Assembly (NCBI GenBank): GCA_963674755.2
Contig: CAXXVS010000003.1
Span: 992,001 to 1,056,000, forward strand
Length of the DNA: 64,000 bases
Direction: 5' to 3'
From: Desulfobacterales bacterium
GTDB taxonomy: Bacteria > Desulfobacterota > Desulfobacteria > Desulfobacterales > UBA5852
Shown here piece after piece: positions 10,301-19,122 of the stretch (position 1 is the stretch's first letter; the number at the start of each line of letters is the position of its first letter). The notes under the pieces are model-generated. The model worked only from the letters and a program-made list of their open reading frames with translations. It had not been told where the DNA came from and searched no databases. A program made the translations under genes and the position numbers.

Positions 10301-10976
10301 TGAGCCTGAGTCGTCCTTGAAACGTGGCCGGATTGAGTGTCCCGGAAAGATGTAAGGTCTCCCAGATAGTCGAGCGGCAGCGCAACTCAATCGTCATGTC
10401 AGCGGGCGGCAGCTGGAAAGCGAGATCGATGCCCTCGACCTGGATGGCGGGCTGGGAAATTCCCTTGATGCGAAGGCGGCCGCTTTTAATGGTGATGGTC
10501 GCTTTCCGGAGCGCTGCCGCAGGTCCCGGCAGGCCGTTTTGCAGCAAAGGGATGATGGCTTGCGCGGTGGCCGGTGAGTGAGGTCGGGGTTTTTGTCGAC
10601 CTTGTGGTCGTGGAAGGGCCACTTCGAAATCGGGGGCTTTGATGAGGATCCTGCCGATTCGCAGGTCCCCGGTTAGAAGGGCTGAGAATGAGGGATATAT
10701 CTGCAGATTTCGCCATTGCCCCTCCAGTTGTCCGGGTATGTTGATTCGGGCATTCGGAATGACGACGTGCGGCAGGGGCAGAAGGTCCAACTGGAAGCGG
10801 TCACTGGTAAAGCTGCCTCCGGTGAATTCTTTGAAAAGCGCTTCGGCATCCAGGCGATTTAATTGGCGTTCGACCAGGGCGGGGACAAGGTACCAAGCCA
10901 CCGCGCCGAGCAACAACAGCAAGACCACCCCGCCGATGATGAATTTCCCGTAAGGACGGTTTTTGGGTGGGGGCAT
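7335..10976 (-). CDS. AsmA-like / YhdP-type envelope protein
   Basis: 1213 aa, N-terminal TM, beta-rich repeats, AsmA_2-like C-terminus (GTLVSIPVKVSGPFADPTV). Confidence 0.85.
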   Translation of the reverse strand: MPPPKNRPYGKFIIGGVVLLLLLGAVAWYLVPALVERQLNRLDAEALFKEFTGGSFTSDRFQLDLLPLPHVVIPNARINIPGQLEGQWRNLQIYPSFSALLTGDLRIGRILIKAPDFEVALPRPQGRQKPRPHSPATAQAIIPLLQNGLPGPAAALRKATITIKSGRLRIKGISQPAIQVEGIDLAFQLPPADMTIELRCRSTIWETLHLSGTLNPATFQGRLRLSIDHLNPEPLRSQLPKVPFQWEGAPLDVTAHADLSDRDHLQMAIQARLPRILLKRGTASVTVKEITLKSELVYSPANFRIDLEKLQVAQPALSLSGHAVVNPGAPLYQVELTGSHLTIEPLRQASLALAGDNDVVAGIFDVLRGGEVPWIQFSTKGTQPADMAVFRNMTLLGTVENGRLFIPGAELALTDVQGKADISRGILKGDHLKAMYGETKGSDGRLWLDLDQEENVPFFLEIDADADLAPLPSLLAGWVDDAAFRGEMRRIRTLTGTADGRLILDGRGPALDVTVDVAHCRLGAQYDRLPAKLSITEGMVQYTRDRIQVIHMSGKLGGSSFVGLTGHVAFGGTPLLQVDHASTRLDLGQIIPWLEGRGLFEDLSFSLQGQGGQLNLDRLETEGPLLHPDQWRFSAQGSAQGLRIVSPILPGPADIEEARFKANNSKLEVPEARLRMSDADVRLQKALILLKTYLPEAVSLTLSGKLGPDANAWISRLVNLEKSWQLKAPLAISSATLDWSANGDRSFLGEMTTGGGTLVALDVKEEGPRLRHQKVTVKDQDSQATLQVTYSPENLDVDFKGHIAAATIGRMMQDKRYARGHVEGQFQAHIFPEHPGRSSVAGTLKAYDIHQPLRIAQRFDIVELSIEAADNTLRLTPAVFEIDHQIHRFTGSIAIEDNGYVLDVVHRANNVSFTLPGTSSTGRPPPGSGHVFFWDLPLRGRIISRIDSLTLNGFQWSPFNAAIQIARDRWDCRIEDAKLCGIGTEGDILVTPETVSIRLTPEAKNSRVERTMTCLLKKSDLLDGEFDLAGHLETQGITSQLNRSIQGEMEFQARKGRIYRFNLLSKVLAVVNLTEIFRGKIPDLMQGGLAYDQMDIQVDIKDSVCTIKQAVIDGASADIAAQGTVNLLTGQADMIVLVAPFKTIDAIVKYTPIIGDWLGGTLVSIPVKVSGPFADPTVTPLSPSAVGSSLMNLLENTVKLPVKIVEPLWKGNK

Positions 10977-11190
10977 GAGTTCGGTCCCGAGCCATCTTCG
11001 GTTGGTGCAACTGGTCGCATTGGTAGGCTACCGTATACCTTTTAGGCGATGACGATCAAGATGGATTCTCCATGTTGCGATGGCCGGAGTAAGGAATCGC
11101 AGGTTAAGGCGACGCGGCGGGCCGATTTGGTCGGGAGGGGTGGGGATGGGGGGCACTTGGAGGGAAGGTCATTTTGACACAGGGTTCGGC

Positions 11191-11493
11191 TTAAAAAATG
11201 ACCTTCAGTGTCAGACAGGCGGCATAGGCATTCAAGGACGCCCCGCCATCCCCATTAAGCTGTTCTATCTCTCCCGACCTATCGGTGTCTTCGATCTCTA
11301 TATGAAGGGCATACGGGTTGTTGGTATAGACTGAGAAGCTGCCCAAATGGCGATCCGTTTTGAATTCTTCGGACCAATCATTGCCGCTGGGTTGCAACCT
11401 GAAGTTGCTCTGCATAATGTGGGCCATGCTGCTGCATCCCAGCATCAAGGCGCTTATTGTGATAACCATTATGATAACAAGGCACTTCATCAT
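11191..11493 (-). CDS. Hypothetical small lipoprotein
   Basis: MMKCLVIIMVITISALMLG-C lipobox-like signal, GGAG RBS, upstream sigma54-like site. Confidence 0.55.
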   Translation of the reverse strand: MMKCLVIIMVITISALMLGCSSMAHIMQSNFRLQPSGNDWSEEFKTDRHLGSFSVYTNNPYALHIEIEDTDRSGEIEQLNGDGGASLNAYAACLTLKVIF

Positions 11494-11528
11494 GAGATTC
11501 TCCAGATCCAATCTGACTGTTACTCTAA

Positions 11529-11543
11529 TCAAATAATGTGCCA
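11529..11543 (-). promoter_or_regulatory. Candidate sigma54 -24/-12 promoter
   Basis: TGGCACATTATTTGA (GG-N10-GA variant), divergent from a sigma54 activator gene. Confidence 0.5.
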
Positions 11544-11683
11544 TCATGACCATCTATTTTTCAACCACTGGAATTCACGACGAATAAAATTTATGAGCAC
11601 ATTGGGGTTCGAATTTGGCAGATAAAAATATTGATATATCGCTTTTTGTTATTTATATATAAACAAAAAGATCAAATAAAATT

Positions 11684-13231
11684 ATGAAAACGTATTTTGA
11701 CTTATTTCGATCCCTGTCCGAGGAACTCGACCCCAAAGGGTTGCAGCGTAAATTCCTCAGTGCCCTGCTGGAGATGCAGGACGTCAGCAGAGGGTCCATT
11801 TGGATACAAGATGGCGACGGATACAAGTGTGTGGAGGCCCTTGGCGAACAATTTGAAGCCATCCAGGGCCTATCCATCAGTGCTAACGAACCAAGCATCG
11901 TGGGGTGGGTAATTGAAAACCGCCAGATGACCGTGGCGGAGCCGGGGGCCGACGGACGGCACCACGGGGCGGCGGAAGAAGGATTGGCCATCAAGAGCAG
12001 CAAGATCCTTTGCTTCCCCTTGTTTTTGCGGGATGGCACCGTCTACGGCGCGGTTCAGGTAATCGACACTTCACGTGACAAATCCCGACTCAATCTGGAT
12101 GGCGGATACCTTAAAAGCATTCAGGAGCTGATCGATGTCGGATCCATTGCACTCAGCAATGCAGTGCTCTACCGCCAGAAGCTCGAAGAAACCGAAACCC
12201 TCAAAAGTACCCTGGAACGCATTCAGGGCGGCACCCGGCTGATCGGGCAGGGGCCGGCCTTCCAACAAGCCCGCGAAATGACGGAAAGCTATGCCCTGAC
12301 AGACTATCCCGTGTTGATTACGGGCGAAAGCGGCACCGGCAAAGAACTGTTCGCCCGGCAGATTCACCAACTGAGTCCCCGCAATCAGGCGCCGTTTCTC
12401 GTTCAAAACTGCAGTGCGATCCCGGAAACGTTATTGGAAAGCGAGCTTTTCGGCTACACCAAGGGCGCTTTTACAGGGGCGGTCAAGAACCGTGACGGCC
12501 TATTTGAGGCGGCCCATGGCGGCACGCTATTTCTGGATGAAATCGGTGATATGCCGCTCAACTTGCAGGCGCGAATTCTGCGGGTCATCCAAGATGGTGA
12601 GGTGAAACCCCTGGGGTCCAACGCCGCCCGGCAGGTGGATGTGCGGATTGTTTCGGCCACCCATCGAGACCTGACGGAGATGGTGGCCGAGAACCGCTTT
12701 CGGGAAGACCTTTTTTATCGCTTATCCGTTTTGCCACTGCCCTTGCCGCCCCTGCGCGACCGTCCGGAAGACATCCCTTTGTTGCTCAGGCATTTCCTGC
12801 ATCAGGAGGCGGCCAAGATGCAGATGGCCCCCAAGCGCCTGAGTCGCGAGGCCACAAATTTGCTGACGACCTATGGCTGGGGGGGGAACATTCGTGAGCT
12901 CGAAAATTTTGTTCGCTATATCCTGGTAACCAGCGAGAAGGATGTCATCGAAGGCGCCGATCTCCCACCCCCCATGATCGACATCGGTCAGCGCCGTCGA
13001 CAGACGGATCGCCGCCGTCCGCCCGGTCGTCCCTTTTCCGAGGGTGAACCGGACCCTGCCCAGTCGTTGCGCTTCGGTCAGTATTCCTGGGAGGAGGTCG
13101 AGCGCGCGTATGTGCTTCACCTCATGAAATCGCATAACTGGAATATCACCCAGGCGGCCCAATCGGCCAAGGTGAATCGATCGACCTTTGTCTCCCGTAT
13201 GCGTCGTTTGGGGATTTCCAAGAAGCGATGA
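11684..13231 (+). CDS. GAF-domain sigma54-dependent activator (bEBP)
   Basis: GESGTGKE, GAFTGA, FLDEIG, FREDLFYRL, C-terminal Fis HTH. Confidence 0.95.
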   Translation: MKTYFDLFRSLSEELDPKGLQRKFLSALLEMQDVSRGSIWIQDGDGYKCVEALGEQFEAIQGLSISANEPSIVGWVIENRQMTVAEPGADGRHHGAAEEGLAIKSSKILCFPLFLRDGTVYGAVQVIDTSRDKSRLNLDGGYLKSIQELIDVGSIALSNAVLYRQKLEETETLKSTLERIQGGTRLIGQGPAFQQAREMTESYALTDYPVLITGESGTGKELFARQIHQLSPRNQAPFLVQNCSAIPETLLESELFGYTKGAFTGAVKNRDGLFEAAHGGTLFLDEIGDMPLNLQARILRVIQDGEVKPLGSNAARQVDVRIVSATHRDLTEMVAENRFREDLFYRLSVLPLPLPPLRDRPEDIPLLLRHFLHQEAAKMQMAPKRLSREATNLLTTYGWGGNIRELENFVRYILVTSEKDVIEGADLPPPMIDIGQRRRQTDRRRPPGRPFSEGEPDPAQSLRFGQYSWEEVERAYVLHLMKSHNWNITQAAQSAKVNRSTFVSRMRRLGISKKR

Positions 13232-13236
13232 CACTT

Positions 13237-13749
13237 TCAGCCCGATAATTTTCCCGGAAGCCATGCGGATAGGTTGAAGCGTCCCTGTTTCCGTATGAGT
13301 TCGCCGGTTGTGACGCGCAGCCTTTCGGCCAGGGTTTCGGCAAAGATGCGATAGAGGATATAGCCGAAGGCCAAACGATCATCGCCGGTCAAACGCTGGA
13401 TTTGGCGTGTGTCGGTCGCCAGGCAAACCGTATCTTCGGTGGCGAACACCGAGGCGGAGCGCGCGGCCCCATCGATGGCGCCGATCTCCCCGATCAATTC
13501 GCCACGCCGGTCGGTGGCCGCAATGACCTGCTGGTGTTTAACAATTTCCACACGGCCATATACGAGAATGTAAATCCAGGCACCTGTGCTGCCTTCTTTA
13601 AGGATGCGTTCGCCCTTGCGGTATTTCCGGATCTTGCTTTTCTGGAGCAGGATGCGGAGTTCGGTTTCCCTGAACTTTTCCAGCGAGGGGATGCTTTTCA
13701 GCGATTGGATGAGTTTGGCGTTTTCCTCCAGGTACTGCGATTCGATCAT
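13237..13749 (-). CDS. Cyclic-nucleotide-binding domain protein
   Basis: KEG...ILVYGRVEI...GELIGEIG...RSASV cNMP cassette; no HTH. Confidence 0.9.
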   Translation of the reverse strand: MIESQYLEENAKLIQSLKSIPSLEKFRETELRILLQKSKIRKYRKGERILKEGSTGAWIYILVYGRVEIVKHQQVIAATDRRGELIGEIGAIDGAARSASVFATEDTVCLATDTRQIQRLTGDDRLAFGYILYRIFAETLAERLRVTTGELIRKQGRFNLSAWLPGKLSG

Positions 13750-13877
13750 GCGCTTGTCTCCATTCCTTTGCACGTTCCTTGGAGCTAAAATCCCACTTGA
13801 AAATGGCGCCTTGCGGGAAAGCGAGTTCGCCTCAGAACGGCGCCCGGTCCTCCACTGAAATGACGCACTGACTTGGC

Positions 13878-13894
13878 AGCAAATATTATGCCCA
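13878..13894 (-). promoter_or_regulatory. Candidate sigma54 promoter for the cNMP gene
   Basis: TGGGCATAATATTTGCT with GG-N10-GC spacing. Confidence 0.45.
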
Positions 13895-14022
13895 AGATTT
13901 CTATCGATATCGTCCGACACACTTTTCTCAGCCGTATCCGGTTTTCTTGGTATGGTGACGGCCTACCGGCAGGTTTGAGGCATAGGGGGATTCTGGCGGG
14001 TATGGGGATTGTCAATAATCAA

Positions 14023-14051
14023 TTGACAGCGTGGGAGGAGGGCGTTATTTT
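14023..14051 (+). promoter_or_regulatory. Candidate sigma70 promoter for the FmdB genes
   Basis: TTGACA-17 nt-TATTTT. Confidence 0.5.
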
Positions 14052-14099
14052 CTACAGTAACACCAAGGGGGCGTATTGGCGCCCGCGAAAGGATTTGTC

Positions 14100-14291
14100 A
14101 TGCCGGTCTATGAATTTGAATGCCCCGAAGGCACCGTAACCGAACGCTTGGTCAAAATGGGAACCAAATCCATTAAATGTCCCCAATGCCATAAGACCGC
14201 CCATAAGATCATATCCCGTTGCACCTTCGAATTGAAAGGTGGCGGCTGGTATGCGGACGGTTATCGCTCCACGAAATCCTCGAAGTCCTGA
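14100..14291 (+). CDS. FmdB-family zinc-ribbon protein
   Basis: MPVYEFEC...CPQC...FELKGGGWYADGY. Confidence 0.88.
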   Translation: MPVYEFECPEGTVTERLVKMGTKSIKCPQCHKTAHKIISRCTFELKGGGWYADGYRSTKSSKS

Positions 14292-14368
14292 TAATCCCCC
14301 GAAGCGTTATTGACGTTTTCGATACGATCTTGATCCACTGAACGAAGGCGGTTTAGGAGGAAAGACGC

Positions 14369-14584
14369 ATGCCTTTATATGAATACCGATGCAAGCACTG
14401 CGGGAGCGAATTCGAATGCCTGATGCTGTCGGCGAGCGATCCGGAGCCCGAGTGTCCTTGCTGCCATAAAATGGGGGTCGAAAAACTGATTTCCGCCGGG
14501 AGTATCCGCCCCCAGGGGATCCCCGCCGGTGCCGGGGGATTCACACCACCGGCGTGTGCCCCTTCGGGCGGCTGAAAGGTATAG
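14369..14584 (+). CDS. FmdB-family zinc-ribbon protein, probable C-terminal selenocysteine (TGA 14573-14575; ends at 14575 if TGA is stop)
   Basis: MPLYEYRCKHC...CPCC; CAPSGG-TGA-AAG-GTA-TAG followed by a GGTC-loop hairpin. Confidence 0.8.
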
Positions 14585-14585
14585 C

Positions 14586-14603
14586 GCCCCTTGGTCAAGG
14601 GGC
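14586..14603 (+). promoter_or_regulatory. Candidate bacterial SECIS hairpin
   Basis: GCCCCTT-GGTC-AAGGGGC with 17 nt between TGA and loop; could instead be a weak terminator. Confidence 0.55.
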
Positions 14604-14708
14604 TTTACACCCGCCCAAAGACTGCTCTTGAGGCAGTGAAGCATCCCCTCCGATATGGCCGCAAGCGGTCCGTTCGGCGTTCAATAAACCTGGCGCGGAG
14701 TTTCGCGA

Positions 14709-14942
14709 ATGACTGACATTCGTATGTCGACCGAAATGCGAACTGACTATGACTGTGAAATCACAGGCATGCCGGCCGAGCACTGGGGCGAGGCGGTGTT
14801 TAAGGTCGGGGATCAGGAGCTTGTTGTTGAAGTCAGCGTTGAGAAGGACGTGATCGTCGCCGTGATGGCCGGTGAGGACGCCGTCTGGAAGGGCACCCTG
14901 GAAGGATTCCGGCGTCTGCTCCAGAGTAGCCTGAAAAAATAA
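14709..14942 (+). CDS. Hypothetical protein (77 aa)
   Basis: GGAG RBS, acidic globular-looking sequence, TAA stop. Confidence 0.7.
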   Translation: MTDIRMSTEMRTDYDCEITGMPAEHWGEAVFKVGDQELVVEVSVEKDVIVAVMAGEDAVWKGTLEGFRRLLQSSLKK

Positions 14943-15516
14943 TTCGGCCCGCGCAGCAATCGAATAGGGTCCATCACTACCCGGGTATCCGCAGACGCCG
15001 TTCGTCCTTCATATCGCCGCTGGGATCAGCCGGCTCCTCTTTTCCTCTATCGCCATTCCCATCCTAAATGGCCCTATTTGCAACTAAGATGACCTTCGGC
15101 CGCCCATTCATCCTGCCTGATGGCATTGCGAAAACACGGCATATGCCGGATTTGCTTTGGCTTTCGCACCTTGCCAGCCAACCGTGACGCTTTCATGGCC
15201 TCACCGTTTTGATGAACAGACCCGCTAAGAGCGGGGTTTCCTCCATATGCTTTTAGTGCCGCAAGCCATCGTCCAATAGGTATGCGGCTCCCTTTAGGCC
15301 CAATGGACGACTGGCGACGGGGCCGTCGGATTTATTGCCCCTGATGTGCGAGAGGTGTCCTAAAATAAGGGTGCCTGGTTTGTTTCGGTCTGGCCTGCTC
15401 CCGCTCCCGGCCGAATTCAGTTTACGATTAATTCTAATTGACGACTTTTCGAAAACAATATATAAATCATTATTCGAATGCCGCTCGAAATAAAATTATC
15501 CACACGGGAGGTCGGG

Positions 15517-16353
15517 ATGTATACGGATTTAAAAGGGAAAACCGCTCTGGTAACCGGTGCCGGCAAAAAATCCGGTATCGGCTTTGGGATCGCCGAGAAT
15601 TTGGCGGCCAACGGATGCAACGTGGTCGTGACCGACTTGGGAACCGAGGGACGGGACGGTGGCGTGGTGGCGGCCGGTTCTGCGCAGGGACTGGAGGCAA
15701 TTGCCGAAGAACTGCGCCAGCGATTCGATGTCGATGCCATGGCGGTGTGCGTGGATGTGACATCCAATTCGTCGTTGCAGAAAATGGTGGCGGCGGTATC
15801 GGCCCAATTTCCCCACATTGATATCCTGTGTAACAATGCGGGCGCTGTTTTCGGTGTGCCCAATGCCGTCCACACCTATGATGAGACGGCTTGGCTGAAG
15901 ACGATCGATGTCAACCTGCACAGCGTTTTCCGGGTGACCCGGGCGGTTCTTCCGCTCATGTTCGGGAAACCGGCCGCCATCATCAATACGGCCTCCCGCG
16001 GTGGCAAGGTGCCCCCCTTGTTCAACGGCGCCTATGCCGTTGCCAAAGCCGGTGTCATCATGCTCACCAAGGTGATGGCTAAAGAACTGGCCGGCGCGGG
16101 TTTTCGGGTCAACGCCATTTGTCCCGGCCAGATCCATACCGACCTGGAAGACTGGCGGGCCCCGCTGGAGGCGGAATTCACGGGCCAGACGGTGGAAGAG
16201 CGCAACGAGGCCATGCGCAAGACCATCCCTCTCAACCGCGTGGGCACTCCTGATGAAGTCGGGCGGGTTGTCGCTTTCCTCGCCTCGGAAGCCGCCGCCT
16301 ATATCACCGGTCAGGCATTCAATGTGACCGGTGGTCAATTAATGGAGCTATAG
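15517..16353 (+). CDS. SDR family oxidoreductase
   Basis: TGAGKKSGIG, NNAG, YAVAK, NAICPG motifs. Confidence 0.95.
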   Translation: MYTDLKGKTALVTGAGKKSGIGFGIAENLAANGCNVVVTDLGTEGRDGGVVAAGSAQGLEAIAEELRQRFDVDAMAVCVDVTSNSSLQKMVAAVSAQFPHIDILCNNAGAVFGVPNAVHTYDETAWLKTIDVNLHSVFRVTRAVLPLMFGKPAAIINTASRGGKVPPLFNGAYAVAKAGVIMLTKVMAKELAGAGFRVNAICPGQIHTDLEDWRAPLEAEFTGQTVEERNEAMRKTIPLNRVGTPDEVGRVVAFLASEAAAYITGQAFNVTGGQLMEL

Positions 16354-16421
16354 CGCGATGACCATGGGATTATAGGATCCCCTGATTTTGCAGAATTGCG
16401 ACAATTAACAAGGAGCTGAAT

Positions 16422-18125
16422 ATGACAACCGATACGGTAGCAGGTGCTAAATTAGTGGCGGAGGCCCTAGCGGCACGCGGCGTAGAAAAAATTTTTACCC
16501 TGAGCGGCGGCCATATCACGCCGATTTACCAATATCTTGAAGATACGGCCATAACCCTATTTGATACCCGCCACGAACAGGCCGCGCTTTTTATGGCCGA
16601 GGCCTGGGGCAAAATGACGCGCCAGCCGGGGGTCGCCATGGTCACGGCTGGTCCGGGCTTTACCAACGCCCTGACAGGGGTGGCCAGCGCCTATTTTTCC
16701 AATACGCCTTTGGTCATCATTGCCGGCTGCGTGGGGCTGGACCACAAAGAAAAGCTTGATTTGCAGGATATGGCCCAGGCTCCCGTGATTGATCCTATGG
16801 TCAAACGGTCTTTTGTCTGCCAGAAACCCGAACGGGCGGCGGAATACGTGGACATGGCTTTTCGGACCGCCACCAGCGGCCGTCCGGGGCCGGTTTATCT
16901 GGAATTTCCGGTTGATGTCCTTAACGCCCAAGTCAACCCGGCCGGCATTCGAAAACCGGTAACCGAAACGGATTCACGCCCCGCCGATGCGCTAAATGCC
17001 CGCAAGATGATGGACTGGTTGGCGGAAGCCCGCAAGCCGGTGATCATTGCCGGCAGCGGGGTGTGGCATGCCCATGCCGAAGACGTCCTGGTGGAATTCG
17101 CCGAAAAGGCAGGCGTGCCGGTTTTTACATCCTTATCCGGCCGCGGAACCATTTCGGACACGCACCCCCTTTGTTTTGAATCAGCCCTCGCCATCCGGCC
17201 CGGAGCCGCCTTTGCGGCCTATATCGAAACCGACTTGGTGATCCTGCTGGGAACCCGGATCGGTCTTTATTACATTTTCGGAGATGTCTTCAACCCTGAA
17301 GCGCGCATGGTGCAGGTGGACATCATGCCCGAAGAGATCGGCCGCAATCGCAGCATTGATCTGCCCATCGTCAGCGATGCCCGGGCCTTTCTCGATACCT
17401 GTGTTCGGCTGATGGACGAAACCGACGGCGGCCGTGGTTTGCAGGCGCAGTTCCAGGGCTGGATCACAACCCTCAATGCGGCCGATGAAACCGGCAAGGC
17501 TCAGGCCCGCCCCAACTGGGAAAGCGACGCCGCCCCTATCCATCCGCTTCGGCTGGCCCGGGAAATCGATGCCTTCATGGATCGCGACGACGATATCGTC
17601 GTGGCTGACGGCGGGGACACCACCACCTGGATCGGCATGACCCGCACGATTCGCAAACCCGGACACTATCTCGACTATGGGATTTACGGTTCCTTGGGTG
17701 TGGGGCTGCCCTATGCCCTGGCGGCGAAATTGCGGTATCCTGATCAGCGGGTCTGCCTGTTGACCGGTGACGGGTCGGTGGGGTTCAATTTTATGGAATT
17801 CGAAAATACGATCCGCAAGGGCCTGCCCCTGGTCGTGGTGATCAGCAACGACCTGGGCTGGGGCATGATCCGCCATAGCCAAGAGCTGCGTATCGGTCAT
17901 GCTATCGAAGAGGGCACCTATATCGGACAGGTGGCGTATCATAAGCTGGTCGAAGCCATCGGAGGGCTGGGCTTCCTTGTTGAGAAGACCGAAGACATCC
18001 GCCCGGCGCTGGAAGCCGCCTTTGCTTCCGGGAAGACATGTTGTATCAACGTCATGACGGATCCGACCACGGTCAGCCCGGGCAGCATCGCCCTGGCCAA
18101 CTTGGGCGGGTACAAGGCCACCTGA
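16422..18125 (+). CDS. ThDP-dependent enzyme (acetolactate synthase / 2-hydroxyacyl-CoA lyase / benzaldehyde lyase superfamily)
   Basis: RHEQAA, TAGPGFTN, GDG...SND ThDP motif. Confidence 0.92.
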   Translation: MTTDTVAGAKLVAEALAARGVEKIFTLSGGHITPIYQYLEDTAITLFDTRHEQAALFMAEAWGKMTRQPGVAMVTAGPGFTNALTGVASAYFSNTPLVIIAGCVGLDHKEKLDLQDMAQAPVIDPMVKRSFVCQKPERAAEYVDMAFRTATSGRPGPVYLEFPVDVLNAQVNPAGIRKPVTETDSRPADALNARKMMDWLAEARKPVIIAGSGVWHAHAEDVLVEFAEKAGVPVFTSLSGRGTISDTHPLCFESALAIRPGAAFAAYIETDLVILLGTRIGLYYIFGDVFNPEARMVQVDIMPEEIGRNRSIDLPIVSDARAFLDTCVRLMDETDGGRGLQAQFQGWITTLNAADETGKAQARPNWESDAAPIHPLRLAREIDAFMDRDDDIVVADGGDTTTWIGMTRTIRKPGHYLDYGIYGSLGVGLPYALAAKLRYPDQRVCLLTGDGSVGFNFMEFENTIRKGLPLVVVISNDLGWGMIRHSQELRIGHAIEEGTYIGQVAYHKLVEAIGGLGFLVEKTEDIRPALEAAFASGKTCCINVMTDPTTVSPGSIALANLGGYKAT

Positions 18126-18180
18126 CAAGGAATAACGGCATCCCGCCCCTGTGCGGGATGCGCCAACCGGGAGACGCCCT

Positions 18181-19122
18181 ATGGATATCGCTGCCATCGA
18201 CCAGGTGAGACTCAACTTCAACCCTCAAGGGCTGTTGGTGATTAACGCCGCCATAGGATTGATGATGTTCGGCGTGGCACTGGATTTAAAAATAGAGGAC
18301 TTCAAGCGGGTCATCATATCGCCTAAAGCGCCCGGCATCGGACTGGTGGCACAGTTCATTTTGCTGCCGGCTTTTACGTTTCTGCTGACCTTGATTATCA
18401 GGCCCTATCCGTCCATGGCCCTTGGCATGATCCTGGTGGCGGCCTGCCCGGGCGGCAACCTGTCCAACATCATCACCTATCTGGCCAAAGGCAACTGTGC
18501 GGTTTCCATCAGTATGACGGCGGTCTCCTCGGCGGCGGCCATCTTTATGACGCCCTTTAACTTAGCTTTGTGGGGACGCTTGAACCCGGCGACCGACGAG
18601 ATTTTGCGGCAGGTGAGCCTGAGCCCCCAAGATGTTTTTATTACGATTTTTTTGATTTTAGGCATTCCCCTGGCAGCGGGGCTTCTGGTTTCACGAATGG
18701 TACCGTCCCTGGCGGATAAGGTGCGTAAACCCTTCAAGATCTTCAGTCTGTGTTTCTTTCTCCTGATCGTCTGCGGTGCCCTGGCCGCCAATTGGAAATA
18801 TTTCCTGACTTATGTCGGCCTGGTCGTTTTTGCCGTATTTATTCATAACCTCCTGGCATTGAATATCGGCTATTGGTCCGGTAGGATCTTCGGCTTGACG
18901 GAACGTGACTGCCGGGCGGTCTGCATCGAGGTGGGAATCCAAAATTCCGCCCTGGGTCTGGTGCTGGTCTTCAATTTTTTTGACGGCTTGGGGGGCATGG
19001 CCATTCTGGTGGCGTGGTGGGGAATCTGGCACATCATTGCCGGCCTGTCGGCAGCGTTTTTGTTTTCCCGGCGGCGGCTGCCCGGGGATGAACTCGCCAT
19101 GAACAGCTGTGACCGTGTCTGA
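18181..19122 (+). CDS. Bile acid:sodium symporter (BASS) family transporter
   Basis: AQF..LP, CPGGNLSN, EVGIQNS motifs. Confidence 0.92.
   Translation: MDIAAIDQVRLNFNPQGLLVINAAIGLMMFGVALDLKIEDFKRVIISPKAPGIGLVAQFILLPAFTFLLTLIIRPYPSMALGMILVAACPGGNLSNIITYLAKGNCAVSISMTAVSSAAAIFMTPFNLALWGRLNPATDEILRQVSLSPQDVFITIFLILGIPLAAGLLVSRMVPSLADKVRKPFKIFSLCFFLLIVCGALAANWKYFLTYVGLVVFAVFIHNLLALNIGYWSGRIFGLTERDCRAVCIEVGIQNSALGLVLVFNFFDGLGGMAILVAWWGIWHIIAGLSAAFLFSRRRLPGDELAMNSCDRV

Noticed and set aside
14289..14294. TGA ending the first FmdB gene as possible Sec
   Set aside because: Followed immediately by TAA and no GGTC-loop hairpin seen
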